DNA of 63,154 bases, the filler included, from Chiloscyllium plagiosum (lineage: Eukaryota), in the NCBI RefSeq assembly GCF_004010195.1. It is 3 parts of one record of this genome, joined end to end, with 100 filler letters (N's around TTAATTAATTAA, not from the genome) between each part and the next. Parts side by side here need not be neighbours in the genome. Positions count along the whole stretch, not along the records: positions 1 to 11,105 come from NC_057711.1; positions 11,206 to 40,215 come from NC_057711.1; 1 more part is not named here. One strand, written 5' to 3'. Made by a program: the position numbers and the translations under genes. Below, piece by piece: positions 1-11,795 of the stretch (positions are counted from its first letter, which is position 1; every line of letters starts with the position of its first letter). The notes under the pieces were generated by a model, which was given only the letters and a program-made list of their open reading frames with translations, had not been told where the DNA came from and searched no databases.

Positions 1-1000
1 TCCCTGAAATCCTGCCTTACATCCCTATCCCTCTTTCTACCTATGTACCTACACGGACCACGACTTGAGGCTGGTCACCTACTCCCATCAGGACCCCAAA
101 GATACGATCCGAGAGATCACTGACCCTGGCACTTGGGAGGCAACACACCAACTGCGATTCTCATTCGTTCCCAACAAACCTTCTATCTGAGCCTCTAACT
201 ATTGAGTCCCCAATGACTAACACTCTCCTCCTTTCCCTCCTTCCCTGCTGTGCAACAGGGACAGGCTCTGCGCCAGAGCCCTGGGCCCCACTGCATACCC
301 CTGGTAAGTCGTCCCCCTCAACAGTATCCAAAGCGGTATACATGGTTTTCAGGGGAACGTCCACAGGGTATCCCTCCACTGACTGTTTTTTCCTCTTTTG
401 AACAGTCACCCAGCTTTCTTCGTGCCTAGGTGTAACTACTTTGTGGGCGGCATGGTGGCACAGTGGTTAGCACTGCTGCCTCACAGCGCCAGAGACCTGG
501 GTTCAATTCCCGACTCAGGCGACTGACTGTGTGGAGTTTGCACATTCTCCCAGTGCCTGCATGGGTTTCCTCCGGGTGCTCCGGTTTCCTCCCACAGTCC
601 AAAGATGTGCAGGTCAGGTGAATTGGCCATGCTAAATTGCCCGTAGTGTTAGGTAAAGGGGTAAATGTAGGGAAATGGATGGGTTGCGCTTCGGCAGGTC
701 GGTGTGGACTTGTCGGGCCGAAGGGCCTGTTTCCACACTGTAAGTAATCTAATCTAATCTACTTCCCCGTAACTCCTATCTATCACAGCCTCTGCCTCCT
801 GAATGATCCGAAGTTCATCCAGCTCCCGCTCCAGTTCCCTAACACGGTCTTGGAGGAGCGAGAGTTGGGTGCACTTCCTGCAGATGAACTTGGATGGGAC
901 ACTAATGGCGTCCCTGACCTCAAACATCATGCAGGAGGAGCATTGCTCTCCCTGCACTGCCATCCCTGCTAGTCCCCTCGTCACAAAGTAAGAAAGAGAT
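1..1000 (-). mobile_element. CR1 LINE ORF1 remnant (Zn-finger/coiled coil + SGNH esterase), split by a SINE
   Basis: ORF 754-984 CSSC..CRKC..LQDRVRELERELDEL; ORF 161-409 VLVIGDSIVRG (GDS esterase motif typical of CR1 ORF1). Confidence 0.85.
442..758 (+). mobile_element. HE1-type tRNA-derived SINE
   Basis: GGCGGCATGGTGGCACAGTGG A-box, GGTTCAATTCC B-box, CR1-like tail and (TAATC)n end; CTACTT at 436-441 and 759-764 as possible TSD. Confidence 0.9.
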
Positions 1001-2516
1001 GCTTAGCTGATATGTCCCTGGTCTTTAAGTTTAGAGGAGGTGGTTGGGTGGGAGGCCCTACAAAGGTAAGGTCACGGGTTGAGAAGACATTGACTTACAT
1101 AGCAGGACGGAAATAAAAATAAGAAGTCCCTCCTTTCCCAGAAACCTCTGCTCTCTGACTTCAAATTTAAAAGCTCTAATTAGTGACTGACAGCTCCTGG
1201 CAGATGTCTGGTGCAAGCCTCCGCCCTTCAAGTTGCTGCTGCCGCTGAAAAACAGAAATTACTGGCTACAAAAACAACAAAGTCACAACACTAACAGCAG
1301 AGATATTAGGATACATAAAGATGCTGAAGGCATGCAGGTGAATAGATCTATGTAACACTAGAGTTGCTATTTGGTGCAATGTGATTAAGAATAATTAATG
1401 GGTCTAATGAGAGTAATGAGTTTAGTTAATTAATGAGTAAATGAGTCTTGGGCACTGGATTCTCTGTCTGTGCCAATCAACGGAAATGCAGACTCCTCAG
1501 TCACCTGCACTGACCTGGGCAGTGTTTGTCTGATGGATGCATAGTCATGGAGGGCAAGTGGTAATAGGCACCAACAAATAAAATCCTTCACTCAGTTCTT
1601 TCTGTGGTGCTGCACTCTGATCTGAAACAAGAAATCATAGCAACTCTTAGTGTTTCTGGAAATTGAAAACCTGCAGCTGGTCCATTCTGTCCTGAAGGTG
1701 ACAGATTATGTTTGTGGCTTCCTTCAATTCACGTTTCAGACCCCTCACCTTCTACATGAGGACTTCCTCAATCTGGGTGAGCCTTTTCTATAGCCCAGTG
1801 CCTGGAGCACAGCTGGACATCCTTAACATTTAACCTTCCATCAAACTCTGCAACTATTTCTTCCGATTGCTCTCTGTGTGGCTCCGTTTGTCCTTCTATC
1901 AACAAAGAGAAAAATCAATGTCACATTTTTGGCACCATGGTGAGCTGTATAGTTCCACGCACCATGTGTCATTTGCACAGACTTTGCAACACTATACCTT
2001 CAATTTGTAATGCCTTCCAAAACCAAACAAGTCCCTTGAGCACCTACTCTGGCGATTTCCAATATATTCTTCACCTGCATGCCTTTGCTGAGGCCATTAT
2101 CAGTACTCTCTGACTCCACATCACAATCCCAGATGGGACACCTTGGTAGCCTGTGCTTTGCTATTGTAGCTTTTATCACATCAGGGGTCTCTACAGACAG
2201 GATGCAGGATAATTATAATCAATGGTTTCATGATTATCACACACTGCTATACTGAATGATGAATCTTATCTGCACGCAACATGATTTAGTCAAAAGGATA
2301 TAGGATGATTATTTGGACAGAATGTTTTTAAAAATTCATTCACAGAACAAGGGCATCACTGGCCAGGCCAGCATTTATTGACCATCCCTAATTGCCCAGA
2401 GGAGAGTTAAGAGTTAACTACTGTAGTGATTGTAAGGAGGTCAACCAAAATGTGAGTTTGGGCTGTTAATCTGGTGCAATTAGGGAGCTCTGGCTGACAG
2501 ATATAAACAGGAGATT

Positions 2517-3187
2517 TCTGGTGGTGGAATTTGAATAAAGATTGGTACACTTTGTGTCTTTCACACTGTCTCACACCTATACACACACACCATGGGTGCT
2601 GAGGAAAAAATAAGCACTACCGCACTTAGGTGGTAGTGTGGGGGTTAATAAGAAAAAAAAGAGAAAAAAAAGAGAAAAAAAAAGAAGAAAAAACAGAGAA
2701 ACAGGAGTGTCAAATAAACAGGAGATTCTCCCTAACAAAAAAATAAACAGGGGTTCCCCTTCACTGTTTTGATCACACAGCACTGCCCTTTGATGTGAAG
2801 GGCAGTGTTTGTCACTGGCCACCCGGGTGTTTGCCAAAGAAAAAAAAAACAAAAAAAAAATAAACAGGAGATTTCACTGGCCACCCGGATGTTTTCCTAT
2901 CTTCCTGGTGGTGGAATTTGAAAAAAAAACAGGAGTGTTTTCCTGGTGGAAAAAAAAATAAAGTGCTATACCCTTTGATGTGAAGGGCAGTGTTTGTCAC
3001 TGGCCACCCGGGTGTTTTCCTATCTTCCTGGTGGTGGAATTTGAATAAAGATTCGTGCACTTTGTGTCTTTCACTGTGTCTCACACCTGCACACACACAC
3101 CATGGGTGCTGGGAAAAAAAATAAGCACTACCGCAATTAGGTGGTAGTGTGGGGGTTAATATAAAAATAAATAAATAAATAAATAAA
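2517..3187 (+). mobile_element. Concatemer of a short structured A-tailed retroposon end (possibly Tx1/L1 3' end)
   Basis: Repeated fragments with hairpins CACTGCCCTT/AAGGGCAGTG and CACTACC/GGTAGTG, AATAAA and A tails; TAAACAGGAGATT duplicated at 2504-2516 and 3188-3200. Confidence 0.7.
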
Positions 3188-5040
3188 TAAACAGGAGATT
3201 CAGAGGCCTTCTCAATTTAGGGGACTGATACTGTGATGGCTGGTATTATAGTGAGTTTTTGCTTCTCTTTTTTTGGGGTGAGGGAAACCTGATTCCTGAA
3301 CTGGCTGAATTATTTAGCCAGTTTGTTAACTGGTATTCCTTTTTTAGTGAGGAATGATTGTTAAACTCCTGATGCACATAATGTGTGTCAGGTGTAGCTC
3401 AGTTCTCATTAGGGGATTGTTGTTTCACTGGCTGGTTACAGCCTGTGTGTTACTCTTTTTAGAGAAAAGGATAATGTTAATTTTGTGATAAGGCTTAGCC
3501 ACTTGGACTCTAGTTTCTTTTTTTTTGTATGTGTCTTCACTTTTTATTGGTGTTTGGACTGAGCTCTTGTGGAAGATGTACGTTTTACCAGAGGCGCTGT
3601 TCCTGTGGGGAGGCCTATACCTGGGACTGGGCCTCTGAAGATTGAACACCTGTGTGTGCTGGGAAGTGAGCATTTGCTGTATCCTGGAGTTTGGGTGAAG
3701 ACCTTTCCTTCAGGAGTGGACCAAACCCTGTGAGTTAACTGCACCTGTACTACGTTCCTGTGAGTGGGCCTGGTTTTCCAAGACTGGGCCAGGACTCCTT
3801 GGAGACTGCCTGTGCATTTGCTGCCTTCAGGAGTGGACTCTGCCCTTGGTTATGAACGGACTCTGCAGTTTGGAGCGGACTCTATTTCTGACAATGCACA
3901 TTGCATACTGGAGTGGACTCTTCCTGGAAATGGATTCTATATTACCAAGAATGCATAGAATTGGACTGTGTACCAGAAAGGACTCTCTTTTTTTTTTGGT
4001 AATTAACTGCATTGTGGTATTTCCTGGGTCTATCACCTGTACTGTCTAGTATCCCTGGTTCTGGCAGGCCTTACCATGAGCTGGGAGGCTCATGGGTCGT
4101 CCTGAAAGCTGTCACCCCAAGAGCCGGAGGGGGGGGTAAACCATCCTGTGAACATGAAGGTTGGTAGACTGTCCTGAAAGCCTGAGGGTGGTTAGGCTAT
4201 CCTGATGCCAGTTGCCCCGAGAGCCAGATGGTGGGTAGGCCATTCTGAGTGCTGTTGTCCCAAGAAGGGGTAATTGGGATGGGCTGTCCTAGAGGTGGTC
4301 AAAAGGTGTCAGAGCAGCCGAGCGTCAGATGGCGCATGGGGCGGGCTGAGATCCAGAAGGCTTGTGGGCTACCCTGCATGCTGTCGTCCCATGGAAGGGG
4401 ATGGGCTGTCCCAGAGGTGGCTGGAAAGTGTGCCAGGATAGCCCACTGGCTGGAGGCACATCGGGGTGGGTGAGAGCACAATGGTATGTAGGGGCAGACC
4501 AGGAGCCAGAAGGCGGGTAGCCGTCCTCCGTGCTGTCACCCTGGGCAGGTACCAGGGTGGACTGCCCCAGAGGTGGTCAAAAGGTGCTGAGGGTGGTTAG
4601 TGAAGCCGGAAGGTGGGTAGGACGTCCTGACCGCTGTCACCCCGGGCGGGTACCGGGGCAGGCTGTCCTAGAAGTGGTCGAAAGGTGTGTCAGGGCGGAC
4701 TGAGAATTGGAAGGGCCATGGGGTGGATTGAGAGCCGGAAGGCGCATAGGAGCAGGCTGCCTTAGAGTGGCTGGAAGGTGGGAGGGACGGGGGCTTGCTG
4801 GGTCTATATTGTCTGCACTTTTTTTATGTAACTGGATTGTCTTACATATAAAGGTCACTGTTGCTGTCTTTTTTTTATATTTGAAACTGGGATTTGTGGT
4901 TTGTCCTCAATTCCATGTAAACTGGTTGAACGGTAGGGTTTGGGGCCTAGCTTTGCTGCTCCTCTCCCTTGTAAAATTGCTGTTGTAAACAGCTGTAAAT
5001 GTTAATTTTTTTTTGTAAATTTTTTAATAAAATAAAAAAA
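3188..5040 (+). repeat. Tandem array unit 1 (~1.85 kb, non-coding, A-tailed)
   Basis: Starts TAAACAGGAGATTCAGAGG, ends TTTAATAAAATAAAAAAA; colinear with units 2 and 3. Confidence 0.85.
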
Positions 5041-6745
5041 TAAACAGGAGATTCAGAGGTCTTCTCAATTTAGGGGACTGACTCTGTGCTGGCTGGTGTT
5101 TGTCAGTATGTTACTGTTAGTTTCTGCTTCCCTTTTTTTTGGAGGGGGAAACCTGATTCCTGAACTGGCTGAATTATTTAGCCAGTTTGTTAACTGGTAT
5201 TCCTTTTCAGTGAGGACTGATTGTTAAACTCCTGATGCACATAATGTGTTTCAGGTGTAACTCAGTTCTCATTAGGGGATTGTTGTTTCACTGGCTGGTT
5301 ACAGCCTGTATTACTCTGTCCTTTTCTCAAAAAGTGAAAAAAGAGAAAAATGTAATTTTTGTGGTAGGGCTTAGCCTTTAGACTCTAGTTTCCTTTTTTT
5401 TGTATGTCTTCACTAATTTTGGTGTTTGGACTGAGCCTTTGTGAAAGACATACGTTTTTACCAGAGGAGCTGTTCCTGTGGGGAGGCCTAGCCCTGGGAC
5501 TGGGCCTCTGAAGGTTGAACACCTGTGTGTGTGCTGGGAGGTGAACATTTGCTGTATCCTGGAGTTTGGGTGAAGACCTTGGCTTCAGGAGTGGATCAAA
5601 CCCCTGTGAGTTAACTGCACCTGTACTATGTTCCTGTGAGTGGGCCTAATTTTCCAAGGCTGGACCAGGACTCCATGGAGACTGAACACCAGTGTGCTGT
5701 GCATTTGCTGCCTTCAGGCGTAATCTCCATTTTGAACAATGCACCTCAAACTGGAGTGGACTCCATTCCTGGAAATGGATTCTATATTTTGAAGACTCTA
5801 TTTGGACTGTATACCAGAAAGGACTCTGTTTTTTGGTAACTAATTGTATTGTGGTGTTTGTTGGGTCTATTACCTGCACTGTCTTGTGTCCCTGGGTCTG
5901 GCAGGCCTTACTGTGAGCTGAGAGGCTCATGGGTCGTCCTGAAAGCTGTCACCCCAAGGGCCGGAGGGTGGGTAGACCATCCTGTGAACCTGAAGGTTGG
6001 TAGGCTGTCCCAAAAGCCTGAGGTTGGGTAGGCCACCCTGATGCCAGTCGCCTCAAGAGCCAGATGGTGGGTAGGCCGTTCTGAGTGTTGTCATCCCGGA
6101 AAGGGGTGATCAGGACGGGCTGTCCTAGAGATGGTCGGGAGGTGTGTTAGAGCAGCCGAGAGCCGGAAGGCACATAGGGGCAGGCTGAGATCTGGAAGGC
6201 TTGTGGGCTACCCTGCATGCTGTTGTCCCTGGGGAAGGGTCGGGCAGTCCTAGAGGTGGCTGGAAGGTATGTCAGGATAGCCCACTGGCCAGATGGCGCA
6301 TCGGGGTGGGTGAGAGCCCAATGGTACGTAGGGGCAGACCACTGTCCCCCCGGGTGGGTACTGGGGTGGACTGTCCTAGAGGTGGTCAAAAGGTGTCAGG
6401 CGGACTGAACTGGAAGGGGCAGACCAAGAGCCAGAAGGAGCTTAGGGGCAGGCTGCCTTAGAGTGGCCGGAAGGTGGGAGGGACAGGGTCTTGCTGGGTC
6501 TGTATTGTCTGCATTTTCCTATGTAACAGGATTGTCTTATGTACAAATGTCATTGCTGATGTCTTTTCATATTTGAAACTGGGATTTGGGGTTTGTCCTC
6601 ATTTCCCTGTAAACTGGTTGAATGGTAGGGTTTGGGGCCTAGCTTTGCTGCTCCTCTCCCTTGTAAAATTACTGTTTGTATACAGCTGTAAATGTTAACT
6701 ATTTTTCTGTAAACTCTTTTGTAATTGTTTAATAAAATAAAAAAA
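5041..6745 (+). repeat. Tandem array unit 2 (~1.7 kb)
   Basis: Same start motif at 5041 and same A-rich end at ~6730-6745. Confidence 0.85.
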
Positions 6746-6837
6746 TAAACAGGAGATTCAGAGGTCTTCTCAATTTAGGGGACTGACTCTATGCTGGCTG
6801 CACCAGTCAGTATGTTACTGTTAGTTTCTGCTTTTCA

Positions 6838-7523
6838 AGAAATGCAAAACTTGCGCCCACACCTCCCCCCTTACTTCCCTCCAAGGCCCCAAGGGACACT
6901 TTCATATCTGCCACAAATTCACCTTCATCTCCACACACATCATCTATTGCATCCGCTGCACCCGATGTGGCTGCCTACTTGCGGAACGTTTCAGAGAACC
7001 CCTCTGGGACACCCGGACCAACCACCCCGTAGCCCAACACTTTAACTCCCCCTCCCACTCCACCAAGGACTTACATGTCCTTGGACTCCTCCATCGCCAG
7101 ACCATGGCAACACGATGGTTTGAGGAAGAGCGCCTCATCTTCTGCCTGGGAACCCTCTAACCACAAGGGATAAACTCCGATTTCTCCAGTTTCCTCATTT
7201 CCCCTCCCCCCACCTTGTCTCAGTCAAATCCCTCGAACTCAGCACCGCCTTCCTAACCTGCAATCATCTTCCTGACCTCTCCGGCCTATCACCTTCACCG
7301 TAACCTCCCTCCACCTATTGCAATTCCAACGCCCCTCCCCCAAGTCCCTCCTCCCTACCTTTTATCTTAGCCTGCTGGGGACACTTTCCTCATTCCTGAA
7401 GAAGGGCTTATGCCCGAAACGTCGATTCTCCTGTTCCTTGGATGCTGCCTGACCTGCTGTGCTTTTCCAGCAACACATTTTCAGCTCTGATCTCCAGCAT
7501 CTGCAGTCCTCACTTTCTCCTCT
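6838..7523 (+). mobile_element. Penelope-like element 3' fragment (GIY-YIG end + pseudo-LTR)
   Basis: Decayed IYCIRC..C / PVAQHFNSPSH / RLIFCLGTL coding followed by the pLTR with hammerhead core. Confidence 0.85.
7390..7430 (+). ncRNA. Minimal hammerhead ribozyme motif in Penelope pLTR
   Basis: CTGAAGA-A-GGGC TTAT GCCC-GAAAC-GTCG: CUGAnGA core, stem II, GAAA. Confidence 0.7.
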
Positions 7524-8769
7524 CCAAGGATGTGTCAGGGCTCCATGGAGATTGAACACCTGTGTGCTGCAGGGTGTGCATTTGCTGCCTTTGGGAGTGG
7601 ACTTTGCCCTTGGTTGTGGACCCTGTTTTTAGCAACAGACTCTGCAGTTTGGAGTGGACTCCACTTCTGACAATGCACATCGTAAACTGGAGTGGACTCT
7701 GTTCCTGAGGATGGACTCTGTTTTTGAAGACTCTGTATTTGGACTCTGTGTGTACCAGAAAGGACTGTTTGCTCGCAATTAATTCTATCATGTTTCTTGT
7801 TGGGCTTATCACCTGCACTGTCTTGTGTCCCTGGGTCTGGCAGGCCTTACTGTGAGCTGGGAGGCTCATGGGTCCTGAAAGCTGACACCCCAAGAGCCAG
7901 AGGTTGTGTAGGCCATCCTCTGAACCTGAAAGTTGGTAGGCTGTCCTGAAAGCCTGAGGGTGGGTAGGCCACCCTGATGCCAGTCGCCCCGGGAGCCAGA
8001 AGGTGGGTAGGCCGTTCTGAGCATTGTCGTCCCGCGAAGAGGTAATCAGGACAGGCTGTCCTAGAAGTTGTCGGAAGGTGTGGCAGAGCAGCTGAGCACC
8101 AGAAGGTGCATAGGGGTAGGCTAAGATATAGAAGGCCTGTGGGCTGCCCTGCATGCTGTCGTCCCTGGGGAAGGGGATGGGCTGTCCTAGAGGTGGCTGG
8201 AAGGTGTCAGGGTAGTCCATGGGCCAGATGGCGCATCAGGGTGGGTGAGAGCCCAATGGTATGTAGGGCCGACCAAGAGCCGGAAGGTGGGTAGCTGTCC
8301 TCAGCGCTGTCACCCTGGGTGGGTACTGGAGCGGGCTATCCTAGAGGTGGTTGAAAGATGTCAGGGCGGACAGAGAACTGGAAAGGTCATGGGGTGGACC
8401 AAGAGCCAGAAGGTACGTAGGGGCGGGCTGCCTTAGTGGCCGGAAGGTGGGAGGGAAGGGGGCTTGCTGGGTCTGTATTGTCTGCATGGTTTTTATGTAA
8501 TTGGATTATCTTTTCATGTACAAATGTCATTGCTGCTGTCTTGTCATGCTTGAAACTGGGCTTTGGAGTTTGTCCTCCACTCCTTGTAAACTGGTTGAAT
8601 GGTAGGGTTTGGCGCCTGGCTTTGCGGAAACCAGACCAATGTCAAGGACTGTGTAACTAAAGCGGGACTTGATGACAGGATACTGGCATCTGTGGAATTA
8701 TTCAACCAGTGCTGAAAGTCCAGAGCTAGACCAGGTAGGGATGACAGTTTCCTTCCCAAAAGGGCATGC

Positions 8770-8935
8770 AGAGGCTGGTATGTGTATGGAATGAGCTGCC
8801 AGAAGTGGTGGAGGCTGGTACAATTGCAACATTTAAAAGGCATTTGGATTGTTACATGAATAGGAAGGGTTTGGAGGAATATGGGCTGGTTCTGGCAGGT
8901 GGGACTAGATTGGGTTGGGATATCTGGTCAGCATA
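8770..8935 (+). mobile_element. CR1 3'-end fragment
   Basis: WNELP..VVEAGTIATFKRHLD, near-identical to 23090-23250. Confidence 0.85.
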
Positions 8936-9049
8936 GATTGTCAGGATTTCACATTTAACCCATAAAGTCAAAATACTCTGATTCTCCATGAATCCGAATG
9001 AACCAAACAGCCTGCTTTTGGGAATGTGCGACTGGGGCTTGAACTATTA

Positions 9050-9620
9050 ATCAAAAACTGGAGAAATTCTGCAGGTCTATTAGCACGAGAGAGAAACACA
9101 AAGTTAATGGTCAGAGTTCAGTAACCCTTTTTCAAAACTGAAAGCAGTTGGGAAATGGTGGTATTTATACTAATGACAATGCAGGGGTGGAAGTGAGTCA
9201 AGTAGATGGCGACGGTGCCGAGAGACAGAAAAGGGAAGCAGACAAAGGGATTACTGATAGTAAGCCCGGAGAGTAATAAATGCTGAATAGATGCTTATGG
9301 GAATTATGAATAATTGCATGTGTCAGGAGCAACCCATACAGAACAGGATCTGGGGGTGTAGAGGCAAGCATTCACAGCCTGCAATTGTTAGCTTGTAGCC
9401 CTCAGGACTCATTGAAGTTAACTGGGCAGAAAATGAGGTGCTATGCCTCCAACTTGCATTGAGCTTTGCTGGAGCACTGCAGCAGACCTGAGATACAAAT
9501 GTTGGCATGGGAACAGGGTGGTGTTGAAGTGGCAGGCGATTGGAAGCTCAGGGTCATGGTTACAAATAGAGTGGAGGTGTTCTGCCTCGCAAATGCTCAG
9601 TATGCATTTTGTCTCCCTAG
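9050..9620 (-). mobile_element. Decayed Penelope-like fragment
   Basis: HDPELPIACHFNT (GIY-YIG C-terminal) in ORF 9418-9654; degenerate pLTR/hammerhead at ~9060-9140. Confidence 0.6.
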
Positions 9621-10164
9621 TGTAAGAGTTTTTAAAATTCTCTTGATGGGACACAATGCTGGATGCCCCAGCTTTGCAATTGCGACCGTTACATCTGAAA
9701 GAAGCAAAAATCCAAGAACAACATTGCTGTAACTGACTGGCCAGTCTGACAAAAAGGATTTAAATTCCAGCTTTGTAATGTTCCCTTCCCCCAATGGTTT
9801 AGCTGAGTTGAATGCCAGTCCAACCAAAATCAAAGAAATGACCTAAAGTTCATGCAAACAGGCTTTTAAAACCCCACACGCAGGCATGTGAACAGGCCAA
9901 TCATTGGTCAACAGGAATCTTCCTGTTCAATCAGATTAAGGGATGGGTAGAATCCCTGATTTAAAGGTAAAAACAATGACTGCAGATGCTGGAAACCAGA
10001 TTCTGCATTAGTGGTGCTGGAAGAGCACAGCAGTTCAGGCAGCATCCAAGGAGCTGAACTGCTGTGCTCTTCCAGCACCACTAATCCAGAATCTGGTTTC
10101 CAGCATCTGCAGTCATTGTTTTTACCTTGTTGATTTTAACCCTACTGCGAATCCTCTTGCAAGG

Positions 10165-10869
10165 ATGCCTGCCTTGAAGAAGTTTTCCTCCTCTCTCTAC
10201 AAGAATCTGAGGGAGTCCCTCTCCCACGGCAACTCCCAGGTCATTTTCTCTGCCCTGAAGCTCTTCAACCATGTCCTGAAACAAACTCGCTCCCACAGCC
10301 ACATTTGCTTCCTCAGTGCCTGCCTCCATAACCAACTAATCTCACACGGACTGCGGACCACCTTTAAACCAGCAGAGTTTGGACCCGAACAGGACAAACA
10401 GTACAGACTACAGATTCAAAAACACCAGCAACAGTTCTCCTTCAAGATCCTCCGCTCCACAATGTGCCAGCACCTAACACCTCTCCAGTCAGCCTGGCCT
10501 CAGCTGAGGGCCACACACTCTCAGAATTGCAAAGGACCCACTCTGTACTACATCCTCAGGAGAATTCATACTCTCAACAAACAGTATTTCAACTCCATCT
10601 CAAACATCAAAAACTGTAAGTACAACAAACTTTTATCTACCCACCTCCATAACCAGCGCTCCTCGAACATTCCAGAAGATTCCCCTGGCCTCGGAAACAC
10701 CATTAGCCATGCGGCTGATGCAGCTACCACCCCCACGCTGATTGATGATGTCACTTCTGCCCCCATCATGGCCACTCCCACAGCCACTTCCGCCCCTCAC
10801 AATTCCTCATGCATCACACGTGACATCACTTCCACCCTCACATCACCGCTGATGCCACATGCTCAGTGA
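10165..10869 (+). CDS. Penelope-like ORF N-terminal domain (broken; Thr/Pro-rich linker runs into gap)
   Basis: 234-aa ORF immediately downstream of pLTR, HICFLSACL..QLISHG motif; RT lies in or beyond the gap. Confidence 0.65.
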   Translation: MPALKKFSSSLYKNLRESLSHGNSQVIFSALKLFNHVLKQTRSHSHICFLSACLHNQLISHGLRTTFKPAEFGPEQDKQYRLQIQKHQQQFSFKILRSTMCQHLTPLQSAWPQLRATHSQNCKGPTLYYILRRIHTLNKQYFNSISNIKNCKYNKLLSTHLHNQRSSNIPEDSPGLGNTISHAADAATTPTLIDDVTSAPIMATPTATSAPHNSSCITRDITSTLTSPLMPHAQ

Positions 10870-11105
10870 CTTCCGCCACCCCTACTGCCATGTCTGCCAC
10901 CACTTCCGCCCTCACCAGCGCCACTCACCTGCATTCTGCCAACATGCCCTCCACAGACCCCACTGTCACGATCCCCACCCCCCCGAACACCAAGGGGAAC
11001 ACTACCCCTGCTCATGACTCCACCCCCATTCCCCCCACCATCACACCCACTCCAGGTACTGGCTCCGACCCCACTCCCAGCTCTACACCCACACCAGCTC
11101 CCAGC

Positions 11106-11205
11106 NNNNNNNNNNNNNNNNNNNNNNNNNNNNNNNNNNNNNNNNNNNNTTAATTAATTAANNNNNNNNNNNNNNNNNNNNNNNNNNNNNNNNNNNNNNN
11201 NNNNN
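11106..11205. other. Assembly gap with TTAATTAATTAA spacer
   Basis: 100-nt N-run with central TTAATTAATTAA; identical construct at 40216-40315. Confidence 0.95.
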
Positions 11206-11795
11206 CCCACCCTCCTCTAGCTTATCTCTCCACGCTTCAGGCTCTCTGCCTTTATTCCTGATGAAGGGCTTTTGCCCGAAACGTCGATTTTGCTGCTCGT
11301 CAGATGCTGCCTGAACTGCTGTGCTCTTCCAGCACCACTAATCCCTGATTTAAAGGGGCAGGTGGGCGACATCAAAAGATGAAGATCTACTCTGCAGCCA
11401 GCACTAACCTTACTGGATCCCAGAGAAGAAAAAAAAATCAATTGCTTAATTCTTAAGCATTTCCTGAAACAAGAATCAAGATCCATACACTTCCCCACAG
11501 TTAAGGGCAGGAAACTAACCTGAATTTTCTTTTCCTCAGGAAAAGTAACTGTGGATGTAAGTTGTTCACTCAGTTGGACTATGTCAATGGCTACTCATGT
11601 TTAAACGGCTGAAATAAAGTTGTAGATAAATGTTGCATCATTCCCACAATCGCAGAGAATGTCTCTTTCAATTAGGTTCCAAACATGTTCATGAGATTTA
11701 AAAATGGAGTTGCAGAAAAGATGGTGAACAGATGTGGTGCTATGTATTGCTTTTAGTCCATCACTTGCACACACACTGTCTTTTGAAATGCAAAT

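Larger units (their letters stand above)
6746..8625 (+). repeat. Tandem array unit 3 (internally deleted, Penelope-interrupted, 3' truncated)
   Basis: Start motif at 6746; homology resumes ~7525 (CCAAGG..CTCCATGGAGA) and ends at GGTAGGGTTTGGCGCCTGGCTTTGC. Confidence 0.8.
2422..8704 (+). mobile_element. Solo Gypsy-type LTR (same family as 11796-12320 and 25027-25241), split by ~6 kb of insertions
   Basis: Starts TGTAGTGATTGTAA at 2422 and runs to GATATAAACAGGAG; resumes ~8620 (CCAATGTCAAGGACT...GGAATTATTCA); degenerate flanks ACTAC/ACCAG. Confidence 0.75.
9968..11339 (+). mobile_element. Penelope-like element with inverted 5' pLTR, spanning an assembly gap
   Basis: 17-bp TSD AATCCCTGATTTAAAGG at 9951-9967 and 11340-11356; inverted repeat ~9964-10128; hammerhead CTGATGAAGGGCTTTTGCCCGAAAC ~11258-11282. 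Confidence 0.9.

Noticed and set aside
442..520. tRNA-like A/B box heads
   Set aside because: These are SINE heads, not functional tRNA genes
1749..1896. Possible minus-strand exon with good polypyrimidine acceptor and GTGAG donor
   Set aside because: Stops in all three frames and no similarity to XDH/AOX
4080..4790. Short GC-rich subrepeats superficially like a CRISPR array
   Set aside because: Repeats are degenerate and irregularly spaced, 'spacers' are themselves repeated, eukaryotic context, no cas genes
7510..8220. 236-aa minus-strand ORF and other ORFs in the tandem array
   Set aside because: Not conserved in frame across the three units, no recognisable domain; GC-rich repeat noise
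11150..11161. TTAATTAATTAA palindrome inside N-runs (also 40260-40271)
   Set aside because: Identical spacer centred in two 100-nt gaps: scaffolding artefact, not biology
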